DNA of 64,000 nucleotides from Cyanophora paradoxa CCMP329 (GCA_004431415.1 QPMI01000553.1:248001-312000), one strand, 5' to 3'; positions 14,020 through 25,186 are shown, numbered from the stretch's first letter. Notes: a model not told the origin generated them from the sequence alone. A program made the numbers and translations.

Positions 14020-17000
14020 GACCGCCCGCCGCACCTCTGCCCCGCCCGGAGAGCCGCGCCTCCGCCCCGCCCGGCGAGCCGCCGACGCCACCCGCCGCGC
14101 CCCGGCCCGCCTTGCGAGCCGTGCGGCCGCCGCCGCGCCTCTGCCCCGCCCGGCGAACCGCGCCGCCGCCCGCCGCGCCCCCGGCCCGCCTGGCGAGCCG
14201 CGCGGCCGCCCGCCGAGCGTCTGCCCCGGTCCGCGAGCCGCCGCCGCCGCCCGGCCGCGCCTCCGTCCCACCCCACGAGCCGCGCCACAGCCCGCCACGC
14301 CTTCGCCCCGCCCGGCGAGCTGCCTCCGCCGCCCGCCGCGCCTCCGCCCGCACGGCGGAGCCCCGCCGCCGCCCGCCGCGCCACATTCTCGCCCGGCGAG
14401 CCGCACGGCCGCCCGCCGCGCCTCCGTCCCGCCCCGCGAGCCGCCGCCGCCGCCCGCCGCGCCTCCGCCCGCCCAGCCGAGCCTTGCGGCCGCCCGCCGC
14501 GCCTCCGCCCCGCCCAGCGGAGCCTCGCGGCCGCCCGCCGCGCCTCCGCCCGGCCCGGCAAGCTGCCTCCGCCGCCTGCCGCGCCTCCGCCCCGCCTCGC
14601 GAGCCGCGCCGCCGCCCGCCGCGCCCCCGGCCCACCTGGCGAGCCTCGCCGCCGCCCGCCGCGCCACAGTCTCGCCCGGCGAGCCGCGCCGCCGCCCGCC
14701 GCGCCCCCGGCCCGCCTGGCGAGCCGCGCGGCCGCCCGCCGAGCGTCTGCCCCGGTCCGCGAGCCGCCGCCGCCGCCCGCCGCGCCTCCGTCCCGCCCCG
14801 CGAGCCGCCTCCGCCGCCCGCCGCGCCTCCGCCCCGCCCAGCGGAGCCTCGCGGCCGCCCGCTGCGCCTCCGCCCGGCCCGGCGAGCTGCCTCCGCCGCC
14901 TGCCGCGCCTCCGCCCCGCCCGGCGAGCCGCCGACGCCGCTTGCTGCGCCTCCATCCCGCCCCGCGAGCCGCCGCCGCCGCCCGCCACGCCTCCGCCCCG
15001 CCCAGCGAGGCGCGCCGCCGCCCGCCGCGCCTCCGCCCGGCCCGCGAGGCGCGCGGCCGCCCGCCGAGCGTCTGCCCCGCCCGGCGAGCCTCGCCGCCGC
15101 CCGCGAGGATCCATCCCGCTCCGCGAGCCGCGCCGCCGCCCGCCGCGCCCCCGGCCCACCTGGCGAGCCTCGCCGCCGCCCGCCGCGCCTCCGCCCCGCC
15201 CAGCGGAGCCTCGCGGCCGCCCGCCGCGCCTCCGCCCGGCCCGGCAAGCTGCCTCCGCCGCCTGCCGCGCCTCCGCCCCGCCCGGCGAGCCGCCGACGCC
15301 ACCCGCCGCGCCCCCGGCCCGCCTGGCGAGCCGTGCGGCCGCCCGCCGCGCCTCTGCCCCGCCCGGCGAGCCGCGCCGCCACGCGCCGCGCCTCCGGCCG
15401 CCCGCCCGCCTCCGCGAGCTGCAGCGCCGCAGGAAGCGCCTCCGCCCTATCCTGGAATTCACGCGGCCGCCTGCCGCGCCTCCGGATCCGCCCCGCCCCG
15501 CGAGCGGCGTCGCCAACCGCCGCACCCCAGCCCATGGGCTTCACGCGGCGTTTTCCGGTATCCTGTGTTACCGGCGCGCCCCGTCAGCGACGCGTACGCG
15601 TCCCGTCAGCGACGCGAACGGGCCCAGCCGGCTCACCCAGGCAGTGTAGAAGAATGTCTCCCAAACTGCGACGATCCGAGGCGGCTCACCCATCCTGGCG
15701 ATCTGGGCCTCGTCAGCTACGCGCTCGCGCGTCGCTGGCCAAATGCTGTGCTTGGCAGGCGCACCCGAGGCGACCGCCGATCGGGAGGTTGCGTCGGTCC
15801 GCGCGCTCACGCAGCGCCCGGCCAGTCCAGAGTCAGAGGCACTGCGTGAGCATCTTAGAGGGACGCGCTATGAACCGAAACATGTGAGAGAGCTCCGCCG
15901 GCCGGCGTGCACCTCAACCCTCCAAATCGACCGCGGGGCTGTCTGGTAGAGATACTGCGGATGTAAGTGAGCTGAAAGGCACGCAAAGAACCCGGCCAGC
16001 ACGGCGAAGTCACCCAGCGCGGGGTTGCGGGCCCGGTCGATCTAGCTGTGGATCGGCGCGGCGCAGGGACGACGCTACGGGGGGAGCTGGACCCATGGTT
16101 ACAAGCTCACGTGCTTGTAGCTGCCTCGCGCTGCGTGCTGCGAGCACGCGCGAAGGTGCCGCAGCGGGAGGCGCTCCGGACCGAGGGCCAGGTCGAGCCG
16201 TTGGCAATCGCTTCAGGCGGCCTTGAAAAGCTGTACTGCGGCACGGGCCGCCGCGGCGGCCCTGCCGCTGTGGGCCTCATAAGGCTTTTCCCAACAGTCG
16301 TGTACCCCAAACTTGCTGCCTTGAAGCGCCTTCATGTGCCTTGCTGCCAGCAGCTGCAGCCTCGACTGTAGGCTGCCGCGCGAACGCGCTTCACTCTCAC
16401 AGCGGCTCGGTTCGTTGGCTCCTCCGGGGTCTCGCAGCGCTGCCCGCGTCTCTGATTCCGCTTTTCAAACCAGGTCGAACGGACTTGCTGCCGCCGCAGC
16501 GAACTTCGTCGGCTTCCAGCGCGAACGATGCTCGAAGGTCCTCTCTTGCATCCTCTGGCGCCTCTCGCCGCCTGTCGCCCGCCTGATTTCAAACGCAGAG
16601 CGCTGCTTCAGGGTGGCTGGCGCCCGGTTGCGGCCGCGAACGCTCGCGAACGCATCGCTGTCGACCTCCTTGTTGCCTTTTTTGTCCATTCCTCCCGCGG
16701 CTGTCGCCAGTGGGCGTTCTGCCGCTGACAGGCACGCGCGGAACGTAGGCGGCGGCTGCGGAGGCGAAGCAAGGTGCTTTTCGTTTCCTCTCCTTTGATT
16801 CAATCCCTCATTTCGCTGGCGGCCAGGGAGCGGGCGTGACTGGTCCCCGCGAGCAGAACACCACCGCCCAGTTCGCCCGGCGCCTTCTTCCGCAGGCCAG
16901 GTGCTCGCTCTTGTCTCCACTGCTCGCCCTTTGATCTTGTTGTAACGCCGGCGGCGTGCGCAGCGCAGTGCGTGCCGCTTTCCGGACGTGTGGCCCGTGG

Positions 17001-17480
17001 CTGCTGGGATCGGCCTCGGAGTTCATGCTTGCGGCCGCTCGGGCGCAGGTGCGGTCGTTTGCTGTCGCGCATATTTCTTCTCTTTCGATCCGAGCGCAGC
17101 GAGCTCTTCGCCCTCGCCCTCGCCCTCGCGGTCGCGGTCGCGGGCTGCCGGGCGCCTCGGAGATCATGCTTTCGGCCGCTCGGGCCGAGGTGCGGTCGTT
17201 CGCCGGCGCGGATGCTTCTTTTCTTTCGATTGAATCTCCAAGCGCAGCGAGCGCGTCGCTCTCGCCATCAGCGGACGCGGAGCGATCGCGAGCTGATCTT
17301 CTGCCTCCTCTCCTCGCCGAGGTGCATAGCCGCCTGCGTGCCGGCCTTTTCCTCTTTCCATTCGATTTAAGCTCTCGCTCACCGCGATGCGCATGGCGCA
17401 GCGAGGGCGGCGAGGTGCAGAACGACCTGGTGCGGGCCGCATCGCTTCACCCGTTATCCTCCAGCTTCTGACTCGCCCTT
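14020..17480 (-). repeat. Right internal inverted arm of element 1 (GC-rich minisatellite ~14020-15530)
   Basis: Reverse complement of 3897-7070, with a different minisatellite copy number. Confidence 0.88.
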
Positions 17481-18014
17481 TGTTGCCTAGCAACTAGGGA
17501 CGAACGACTAATTGAAGCCGCGCGCGAGCGGACGGCGTCGGGCTGGAGTGCGTGCGGCTGCATCCGGGGCCAGGGTAGGGTTTATATTTGCAGGACTAGG
17601 CAGGGCTAGGCCAGAGTAGGGATCATATTTGCGATGTGACAGCATGTATGCATAGGTGTGTGCATGCAGATCATGAATTAGGCGGCCCGCACGATATGTG
17701 AAAATAGGTGGCCTGCAGATCAACTAATTTATATAGATGCAAAAAGCCAATGCCAGATGTACATGTGTTCTGGCCCGCCTATAGCTAGTCATGGGCCGTC
17801 AGGGCCTATATATAGCTATATAGGCTATAGTGTAGCTGACCTAGGCCTGTGCATGCGACCTGCATGCGCAGCTGGATCCCCCGGAGATCCTCCACTAGTA
17901 CTGGCTCAATATTTATACAAGATAATATGCAAATCAATAATCTTAATATGAAGAATATTAATCAATTTATCGACAAACCTGGCGATATATCAATATATAT
18001 TAATATATCAAGTA

Positions 18015-18353
18015 TCGACAGATTTTGTCGACCGATTCTGTCGCAGAGTCTGTCGATAAAATTCGACAGAATCGGTCGACCGATTCTGGCGCAGAATCAG
18101 TCGATCGACAGAGTTGGTCGATCGACTGATTTTGTCGACCGATTCTGTCGCAGAGTCAGTCGATAAAATTCGACAGAATCGGTCGACCGATTCTGGCGCA
18201 GAATCAGTCGATCGACAGAGTTGGTCGATCGACTGATTTTGTCGACCGATTCTGTCGCAGAGTCAGTCGATAAAATTCGACAGAATCGGTCGACCGATTC
18301 TGGCGCAGAATCAGTCGATCGACTGATTCTGTCGATCGACTGATTCTGTCGAC
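18015..18353. repeat. Right subterminal array (~107-bp unit)
   Basis: CAGAGTCAGTCGATAAAATT at 18151 and 18258. Confidence 0.9.
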
Positions 18354-18356
18354 CAA

Positions 18357-18386
18357 GTATTGCAATACTCCAAAAGTGCAGATATA
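18357..18386 (-). repeat. Right TIR of element 1
   Basis: GTATTGCAATACTCCAAAAGTGCAGATATA followed by the TSD CTCGTC. Confidence 0.95.
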
Positions 18387-20190
18387 CTCGTCAGCTGCAA
18401 GCCGGTTGGCGCCATCGAAGGCTGGCTGGCCTTCTGACCCGCGTTGGAGCCCACAGGGTACCACAAGAGGGGCGCCTTGTTGCTCGGAGAGCCAATGACT
18501 TCGCCGCTGGGCGAGATGGGCGCCACGGAGAACATTGTCTCCTCGTCGGGGTTCAGGCCAGGGTTCCGGACGACATAGGTGTTCGTAGCGGTCCGTGTCG
18601 GGTTCGGGGGCTTGACTGTCCCGATCTGCTGGCCGTCCCTGAAAATCGCATAGCCTCCAATGCCGCCAGCTGCGCCAGTAGCAGGCGTGTTCCAGGCAAG
18701 GTGACCGCTGGGATTCGGCCCGGGGCCCATCGGCTGGGCTGTGAGTGTAATGCCGGTGCTCGGATCACTCGGGAGGGCCGTAGTGAATGTGTGCGATGCC
18801 GGGCCGGCGACGCCGTTGTCGTCAAATGGTACGAGCTGCAGCTTGGTGTGCTTGCCGTTGGTGGGGAGCCCAGACAGGGGGAACTCCGTGCGGTCTCCGG
18901 AGACGGTGCCGATGGGCTCGCCATCTCTGACGACGCTGTAGCCAGCCGGCTGGCCCGCCAGGGGAGGCGTCCACAGCAGCTTGCCCGAGCCGAGCCCTGT
19001 CGCACCAATGCTCGCAAGGATCAAGTTGGATGGGGCGAGCGGGCTCGGAGCAGGGGCTTCCAGCTCGGAACCCACGAGTCCCGCGCCAATTCCGTCCGGA
19101 TCGTACGGCGTGACCAACGCGCCGCCAAGGGCACGCGAGCCTTGGCCAGCGCCCACTCCCTCGCCGGCACCGGTGCCCGAGCCAGCGCCCGTGTAAGGCT
19201 CGTACGGGGTGGTCGCCTTGCCCTTGGGGAAGATGCTGGGCACGCGGAGGGTGCCCTTGACGATCGCTGCGGTCAAACCAGCAACGAGGAGGCCAGCGGC
19301 GCCGATGCCGAACGCGAGCGGGAGGATGTGCGACATCTGGTGGTGGAAATATATATCTTAGATGGTTTATAGCGCGCACACAAAGAGTTACCTGGTTGCT
19401 GTTCCCCTGGCCGCTATCGCCCTCCTGCGGGGGGAGCTCGCCAATACCAGCGGCAAACGCCGGCTGGCTTGACGTGAAGTAGTTCGGAATGATTTGGCCA
19501 AGGGTGAACTGCACGAAGATATTAGAGGTTTATTGAAGTACAAGCTTTAAGGAAATCGTGGGGTGGCGCTTCAGACTTGCCGTGGTCTGCACGCAAATTT
19601 CATCATCAGTAACATTTCAAGCGCACCGAACCGTTTGCGTTGAAAAAAACGCACCAAATGCGTGCAGAATCCGCGAGCATACCAGATGCCCTGCATGCAA
19701 TAGTTTAAGGCAAAGAGAAAATACTTTGCCTCAGGCCGACGGTTTCGCACATTGCGTTGGAAGAGATCTCCGGCGTTCGTCGCCATGGGGTCGGGGTTGT
19801 CGGCATCTCCGAGCTGAAGCGATTAAGCACCGGCTTTCGCAACGTCTGAAAATTGTTAAAAGTATTACGCACCCACATATTGATCTTCGGCTTAAGACGC
19901 GTCTGGCACGGCTGCCAGCTTCCGGAGGTCTCGTTCCAGAAGATGAGGTACTGTTGCAGCGTGGGAATTGTTGTCTGAGTGACAGGATACGGGATCTCGA
20001 TGATGATTGGCTTGGCGTCCGCCAGACCCTCGATGCGGAATCCGAGCACCTGGGGGCAGATCCATGTTACACTCTTGTCGAGGTTTCTAGATCTTGGTAA
20101 GCGGAGCGCATATGCATACGCACCGATATGTCGACGAAGCCGCCCGTAATCTTAACGGCGCCCTGGATGCGACCTCCCTCGGGCCCCCTC
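18387..20190 (-). pseudogene. Middle part of the host gene: GAIN/GPS-like region, single transmembrane helix and first FN3-like unit
   Basis: Exons give ...IEGLADAKPIIIEIP...YLIFWNETSGSWQPC...GFCTHL...SIFVQF (GPS-like). Intron 19337-19391 joins QGNSNQ|MSHILPLAFGIGAAGLLVAGLTAAIVK (TM) in frame, followed by FN3-like repeats. Confidence 0.75.
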
Positions 20191-20473
20191 ACACATAGTA
20201 AAATGCGGAGTTTTAACCCTCGGCTTATCTTAATTGATTTTGTTGATATATCTCGTATATTCTATTTCAATCAATCGTTAATCTGTGTATATCTTATCGA
20301 ATATTCATTTATTTCGTTTATTTTGTATTCTTTTCGATATTTTATCGTAAATTTCTCTTATTTTCCGATTAGTCTTACTGAGTCTATCGATAATCTGTAT
20401 ATATTTCCGAATAATATAACTGAATCTCAATTAGATCTTGCCTCTGGTTAAAACTCCGCATTTTACTATGTGT
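20191..20473. other. Terminal 283-bp imperfect hairpin (perfect 28-bp outer stem 20191-20218 / 20446-20473)
   Basis: ACACATAGTAAAATGCGGAGTTTTAACC and its reverse complement enclose an AT-rich, partly self-complementary loop. Confidence 0.85.
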
Positions 20474-20715
20474 GATTGGTCTGTTTGTTAATTGATTTAA
20501 TCGATATTATATTCATGTACTTTCTCGATTAAATTTAATTAAATTTAATTCATTTAATCGGAAATATATCGCTAAACTCGATTAAGATCCATAAATGATT
20601 CATTTGTTAAATAAAACAAATCGATCTCTTATTGAATCCAATCGTAATTATACATGAAACTTATATGATTTTATCATTGTTTTGTTGAGTCTAAGGGGGG
20701 ACCCTTAGGAATTTG

Positions 20716-20820
20716 GGTGTCACAGGTGTCACAGGTGTCACAGGTCAATCCCAAGGAAAGTCCTAGTGAGAAATTGATTTTTAAAATCCATGGGATAGAC
20801 CTGTGACACCTGTGACACAT
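20716..20820. promoter_or_regulatory. Iteron-like module: GGTGTCACA x3, ~50-bp core, inverted TGTGACAC x2
   Basis: Repeats seen directly; origin function is inferred. Confidence 0.55.
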
Positions 20821-21560
20821 ACCATATTCAGTAAGGACCTCATTCATTGTTAAAATCTCAGTGTTAGTTGGTGTAGTTGATTCAAATGTGATCTTAGGAA
20901 TGTGATTTAAAATCTTTCAGGCAGCATTTATTTGTCAGGCATTAAATCCATCGATTTTGACAAAGTATTTTATTTTGGCAAAGTCATTGTTTGGATCAAC
21001 AATGAAATTTGAATTATAGAAAAGTTTTCTAAAAAGGTGCCTGACAATGCCTGACATACTATATAAGTGCCTGACAACTATATTATAGTGCCTGACAAAC
21101 CATATATGGTAATACTATATGATATCTTCTACTTTCTCAGTGTTAGTTGGTGTAGTTGATTCAAAAAATGCATTTATACTCTGATTCATTGTTATTTCCT
21201 GTGAAATTTGAGTCAACTCAACCCACTTAGTCAACCCTCCCATTGAATTCGTAACAAAATCCATATACTTTTACTACTTTTACGATTAATATGAGTCAAC
21301 CTTGAGTCCACTTAAATATAAATATAATATAATAGGGGGAATCAAGGGGAGATGCTGAGTGTTATTGTAAGGAAATCGAATAGTATTCGAAATACTTGAC
21401 ATTGCTTAATGTAGGGTGCATTCATATTTCGGCTACATCATACAGTAGAATTCTATTGTAACAAAAGCTACTGTAGAAAGAAAATCATTGTAGAAAGCTA
21501 TTGTAGGAAAGGATATATTATATCCTTTTTTAACGATTGCCATTGTAATAAAAAAGGTAA

Positions 21561-21695
21561 ATAGGTGAAGGTCTAAAACTTGCGTAACCACGTAACTTGC
21601 GTAACCTCTACGACATTATGGTGTCATTTCTCTATTATTTTAGGTTACGTAACGTTTTTACTTACGTAACTTGTGTAACCTTAACGTAACCTTGT
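21561..21695 (+). promoter_or_regulatory. Origin-like module, GTAAC type (half copy of 29230-29560)
   Basis: Core ATAGGTGAAGGTCTAAAACTTGCGT plus CGTAAC iterons. Confidence 0.55.
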
Positions 21696-21767
21696 TATTC
21701 TTACATTCATCATTGTTATACTATGATATCATGATAACTAAAAAAGATCTATGATAATTGCTTATCT

Positions 21768-22229
21768 TTAATGACGTAGAGATGTTAGATGTTCGCAATC
21801 AAACATTTTAAAGATCTTGCATATCTCACTTTCAGGATCGGTGACATACCATAAACGGTGTCGCTTGTCAAATAAAGCGCCTTGTTTTTGCATGTATTTA
21901 CACAATGATGCCTGGGTAAATATACGCTTTGCCTCAATCTCTGGTAGTTTTGCTTTGATATCACCAACGAAATATAGACGTTTGGGTTGATTATGATAAT
22001 CAGGATCGATAACAGTGGGGTTTATTGTAGGAAAGTGTTTTAAGATTCTATGAAACTTGTATGAAACAAACCAATACCCTGTGTCATCATCGAATTTAAC
22101 GCCACAATCTTTGATATCAAATATTGATCTGAAACAAGTATTACGGAGGTTGCTTATATCCAACAAGTAAGCGCCGTAGTAATGGTGTGGCTCGTTTGTT
22201 GTGTTTCGGAAATAAATGAATTGATCCAT
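21768..22229 (-). CDS. 153-aa protein with two DUF5710-like motifs
   Basis: IKDCGVKFDDDTGYWFV and MQKQGALFDKRHRLWYV resemble the K..GA.WD...K.WY signature; upstream AAAATTTGA. Confidence 0.7.
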   Translation of the reverse strand: MDQFIYFRNTTNEPHHYYGAYLLDISNLRNTCFRSIFDIKDCGVKFDDDTGYWFVSYKFHRILKHFPTINPTVIDPDYHNQPKRLYFVGDIKAKLPEIEAKRIFTQASLCKYMQKQGALFDKRHRLWYVTDPESEICKIFKMFDCEHLTSLRH

Positions 22230-22284
22230 TTGTAATTAGATGTTAAAAGATTGTCAAATTTTCACATTTTTCAACGGTTTTGTT

Positions 22285-22612
22285 TTGTCTTGTAACTTTG
22301 GTGTAACATTGTGTAACTTAGCTGTAACAAGAGGTGTAACTTTTGTGTTACGTTGATGTTGTGACCATTTCAGTAAGGAATTATGTGATGTTTCGTTTTA
22401 TTCTTACCATATGTAACTGTAACTTTATTTTTTGAATTCTTTTTGAGAGAACCCCCGGGGGGGTCTTTTTATAGGTGAAGGTCTAAAACTTGCGTTACAA
22501 CGTTACAACGTTACATTTCTCGATTCTGTGACCATTTTCAGTGTTCTTTTTTGGTATCTTTGTGTAACTTTACTTTTTGTTCTAAGTTACAAAGTTACAT
22601 CTAAGTTACATC
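22285..22612 (+). promoter_or_regulatory. Origin-like module, GTTAC type
   Basis: TGTAAC iterons, 25-bp core at 22471, then CGTTACA x3 and AGTTACA x3. Confidence 0.55.
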
Positions 22613-22737
22613 GTATATCTAATGTATTCTCTACTTATCATTTGTAAAAGCGAGCGAAATGTTAACATTCAGTGTAGGTTTCAGAAAAAGCAATATTGGT
22701 TTTGTTTTATTCCACAGTGTGACATAGAGGTCAAGCA

Positions 22738-23095
22738 ATGTAACACAAGGTGTAACTTTGGTATTCCCCGATGTAATAGTAGGTGTAACTTTGATATCCA
22801 AGGATGTAACACAAGGTGTAACTTTTGAGTTTCTCGATTGACAAGACCATTTTAAGTAAGGTTTAACGCAATACTTTGCTTTTTTCTTACCATGTGTAAC
22901 TGTAACTTTATTTTTTGAATTCTTTCTGAAAGAACCCCTGGGGGGTCTTTTTATAGGTGAAGGTCTAAAACTTGCGTTACAGCGTTACAGCGTTACACCT
23001 ATCGTATTTCTTACCATTTTCAGTATTCTTTTTTAGTATCTTAGTGTAACTTTACTTTTTGTTCTAAGTTACAAAGTTACATTTGAAGTTACAGC
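22738..23095 (+). promoter_or_regulatory. Origin-like module, GTTAC type
   Basis: Core at 22953; same architecture as the 22285-22612 module. Confidence 0.55.
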
Positions 23096-23209
23096 ATTTA
23101 TCACTGTCTATATCTCATCAATTGCAAGTCTGAAAAGGCCATGACTGTGATGAAAAAATGAAACATATGTTAAACTTAAACCAAACAGATATATAACGGA
23201 ATATACAAT

Positions 23210-23686
23210 ATGAACGCGTCGGATATTCTGACCTACATTAAGAGTATTACCCATATTCCTGTTCTCATCGATGCTGACCTATCTTTAAAGAAGGCAAACC
23301 CTAACACTATCTGTATTGTGCCGTATGATATTAAATATCGTGCGTATTTCGAAATGTTTCGTAAAAACTCGGGATATTCACCTAATACCCGTTTCGTCTG
23401 CTTTCTTACATTAGAGACTCATTATATTCTCGTTCCTGTTCTAACTGAAACATCGTGTAAATTGTTTATCTCTAAGATCATCTCTAAATGGTCTACTAAC
23501 CTACCTGCTGAATCTAATGAAACTAAGGAGTGCGTCATATGTCTCGATGACTGTAAAAGTAAAATACAAATGTCTTGTTTGACATGTTTCGCCAAAATGT
23601 GCAACACATGCTTTTTACAGTTGAAGAAGTCGGAGACCTTTAAATGTCCAATCTGTCGTAATGACATAAAGACGCAACGTGATTAA
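23210..23686 (+). CDS. RING-finger protein (putative E3 ubiquitin ligase), 158 aa
   Basis: C-terminal CVIC...CLTC-x4-CNTC...CPICR. Confidence 0.85.
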   Translation: MNASDILTYIKSITHIPVLIDADLSLKKANPNTICIVPYDIKYRAYFEMFRKNSGYSPNTRFVCFLTLETHYILVPVLTETSCKLFISKIISKWSTNLPAESNETKECVICLDDCKSKIQMSCLTCFAKMCNTCFLQLKKSETFKCPICRNDIKTQRD

Positions 23687-23738
23687 TGTAAAAATTGATG
23701 GAAGATAAAAGTTTTTCTGATCTGACATGAAATAGAAA

Positions 23739-23921
23739 ATGAATAATGGACATTGGGTAACTTTGGCGACATTGCATAATAAGAAGATTGAGCTTATCCA
23801 TCGGGAGGTTGACCTTAAACACACAAAAAGACAAGACCATGAAAGACTACAAAATGTTAAACAGTATATTGATGCAATCGATGTAATGATAGATGTAGTG
23901 AATACAATCGCTAAAAATTAA
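23739..23921 (+). CDS. Small helical hypothetical protein, 60 aa
   Basis: ATG preceded by AAAATTGA at 23691; fits the compact gene packing. Confidence 0.5.
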   Translation: MNNGHWVTLATLHNKKIELIHREVDLKHTKRQDHERLQNVKQYIDAIDVMIDVVNTIAKN

Positions 23922-23963
23922 GACCATGTGAATTTCATCGCGCTTGCGCAAGCGCTATTTTTA

Positions 23964-24263
23964 TTACTTCTGTGTCCGGTTTTCAAGCTTCTGCCTCAAT
24001 CTGAATGTTATAACGCTACCATCATGGCGTGCCTTTCCCCTTTGAATCGCTTTCGATACTTCCCCGGGTGTGTTCTCGTCGAAATCAATGAATCGGGAAA
24101 CCTTCTTTTTAAACTGTCTCTGTAAATATCCGGGTAGTTGGTTGACATTACACCCGTCGTTTTTCTTAACAAGGTTCTCATAAATAATACTACTGCGGTC
24201 ATCATGTGATAAATCAGGATTTTGAAGCTGTTCTATGAAAGCGTCGGGAATCTGTGAAGTCAT
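23964..24263 (-). CDS. Hypothetical protein, 99 aa
   Basis: ATG start with AAAATTGA 33 bp upstream (24296-24303, minus strand). Confidence 0.65.
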   Translation of the reverse strand: MTSQIPDAFIEQLQNPDLSHDDRSSIIYENLVKKNDGCNVNQLPGYLQRQFKKKVSRFIDFDENTPGEVSKAIQRGKARHDGSVITFRLRQKLENRTQK

Positions 24264-24319
24264 CGTGGGTTATCCTGTCTGTTTTTTGCGGGTTGTCAAT
24301 TTTTTCAGGAAGCCAAACA

Positions 24320-24632
24320 GGTGTAACTTTTGATAACAGCGGTGTAACTCAGGGTGTAACTTTTGTGTTTCACGATGATTGAGACCATTTTTAGTAATGT
24401 GAAAGGACAATTTTCGATTATTTTCACACGAGCGTAACTGTAACTTTACTTTTTTGAATTCTTTCTAAAATAATGCCCGGGGGACTTTTTATAGGTGAAG
24501 GTCTAAAACTTGCGTTACAGCGTTACAACGTTACAGCTATCGACTCTGTGACCATTTTCAGTATTCTTTTTGGTATCTTTGTGTAACTTTACTTTTTGTT
24601 CTAAGTTACAAAGTTACATTTTGAGTTACAGT
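24320..24632 (+). promoter_or_regulatory. Origin-like module, GTTAC type
   Basis: Core at 24491; same architecture. Confidence 0.55.
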
Positions 24633-24649
24633 ATAATACATTCTTCTTC

Positions 24650-25186
24650 TTATTCATTTGCATATAACTTAGGCTCTAATGCTTCCATTCCGTCAAAAAA
24701 TAGTTTAGTTCTACAAACCGAACACTTAACATTCTCATGTGATTCAAGTAAAGAGAAGAAACACTTAGGACAAATAAGAGTATTGCAAACGATACACCCT
24801 TTATTACTTATATTGGTGTCAATTTTTTCAAGACAGATAGGACATGTTTCATTCGGACTCTCAAAGTTTTCCCTCGTGAATGACTTAATAATGATTTCCA
24901 CGAACCATTTGGTGTTCTCAATATCAAGATATGGGACTAACATGTAACGATGTTTATATGAGAATGCAAAACGAATAGGTTGAAGGGCATGATATCCCGC
25001 CTTTTCTTTCCATGCATCAAATACCCCTTTATTCTTGCGGTTCTGTTGAATAAAGTATATAATCTGTCTTTCGTTGGCTTTCATTAAGAACTTTGTATAA
25101 TTCTTATCATTCAGTTTATCTGATGCATTGACTACGGGATATGGCGAAATAGACCGTGAAAACGTCAATATATCGTTTAAATTCAT
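24650..25186 (-). CDS. RING-finger protein, 178 aa, paralogue of 23210-23686
   Basis: CPIC...CIVC-x4-CPKC...CSVCR; N-terminus MNLNDILTFSRSISPYPV vs MNASDILTYIKSITHIPV. Confidence 0.85.
   Translation of the reverse strand: MNLNDILTFSRSISPYPVVNASDKLNDKNYTKFLMKANERQIIYFIQQNRKNKGVFDAWKEKAGYHALQPIRFAFSYKHRYMLVPYLDIENTKWFVEIIIKSFTRENFESPNETCPICLEKIDTNISNKGCIVCNTLICPKCFFSLLESHENVKCSVCRTKLFFDGMEALEPKLYANE

Larger units (their letters stand above)
3149..18386. mobile_element. 15.2-kb non-autonomous foldback-type DNA element with 30-bp TIRs and 6-bp TSD CTCGTC
   Basis: CTCGTC at 3143-3148 and 18387-18392; perfect TIRs; host exon restored on removal; no credible transposase ORF. Confidence 0.92.

Noticed and set aside
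18311-19336. Independent 341-aa gene starting MSHILP
   Set aside because: The ATG follows a splice acceptor in frame with the upstream exon, and the ORF's tail is read-through into the TIR.
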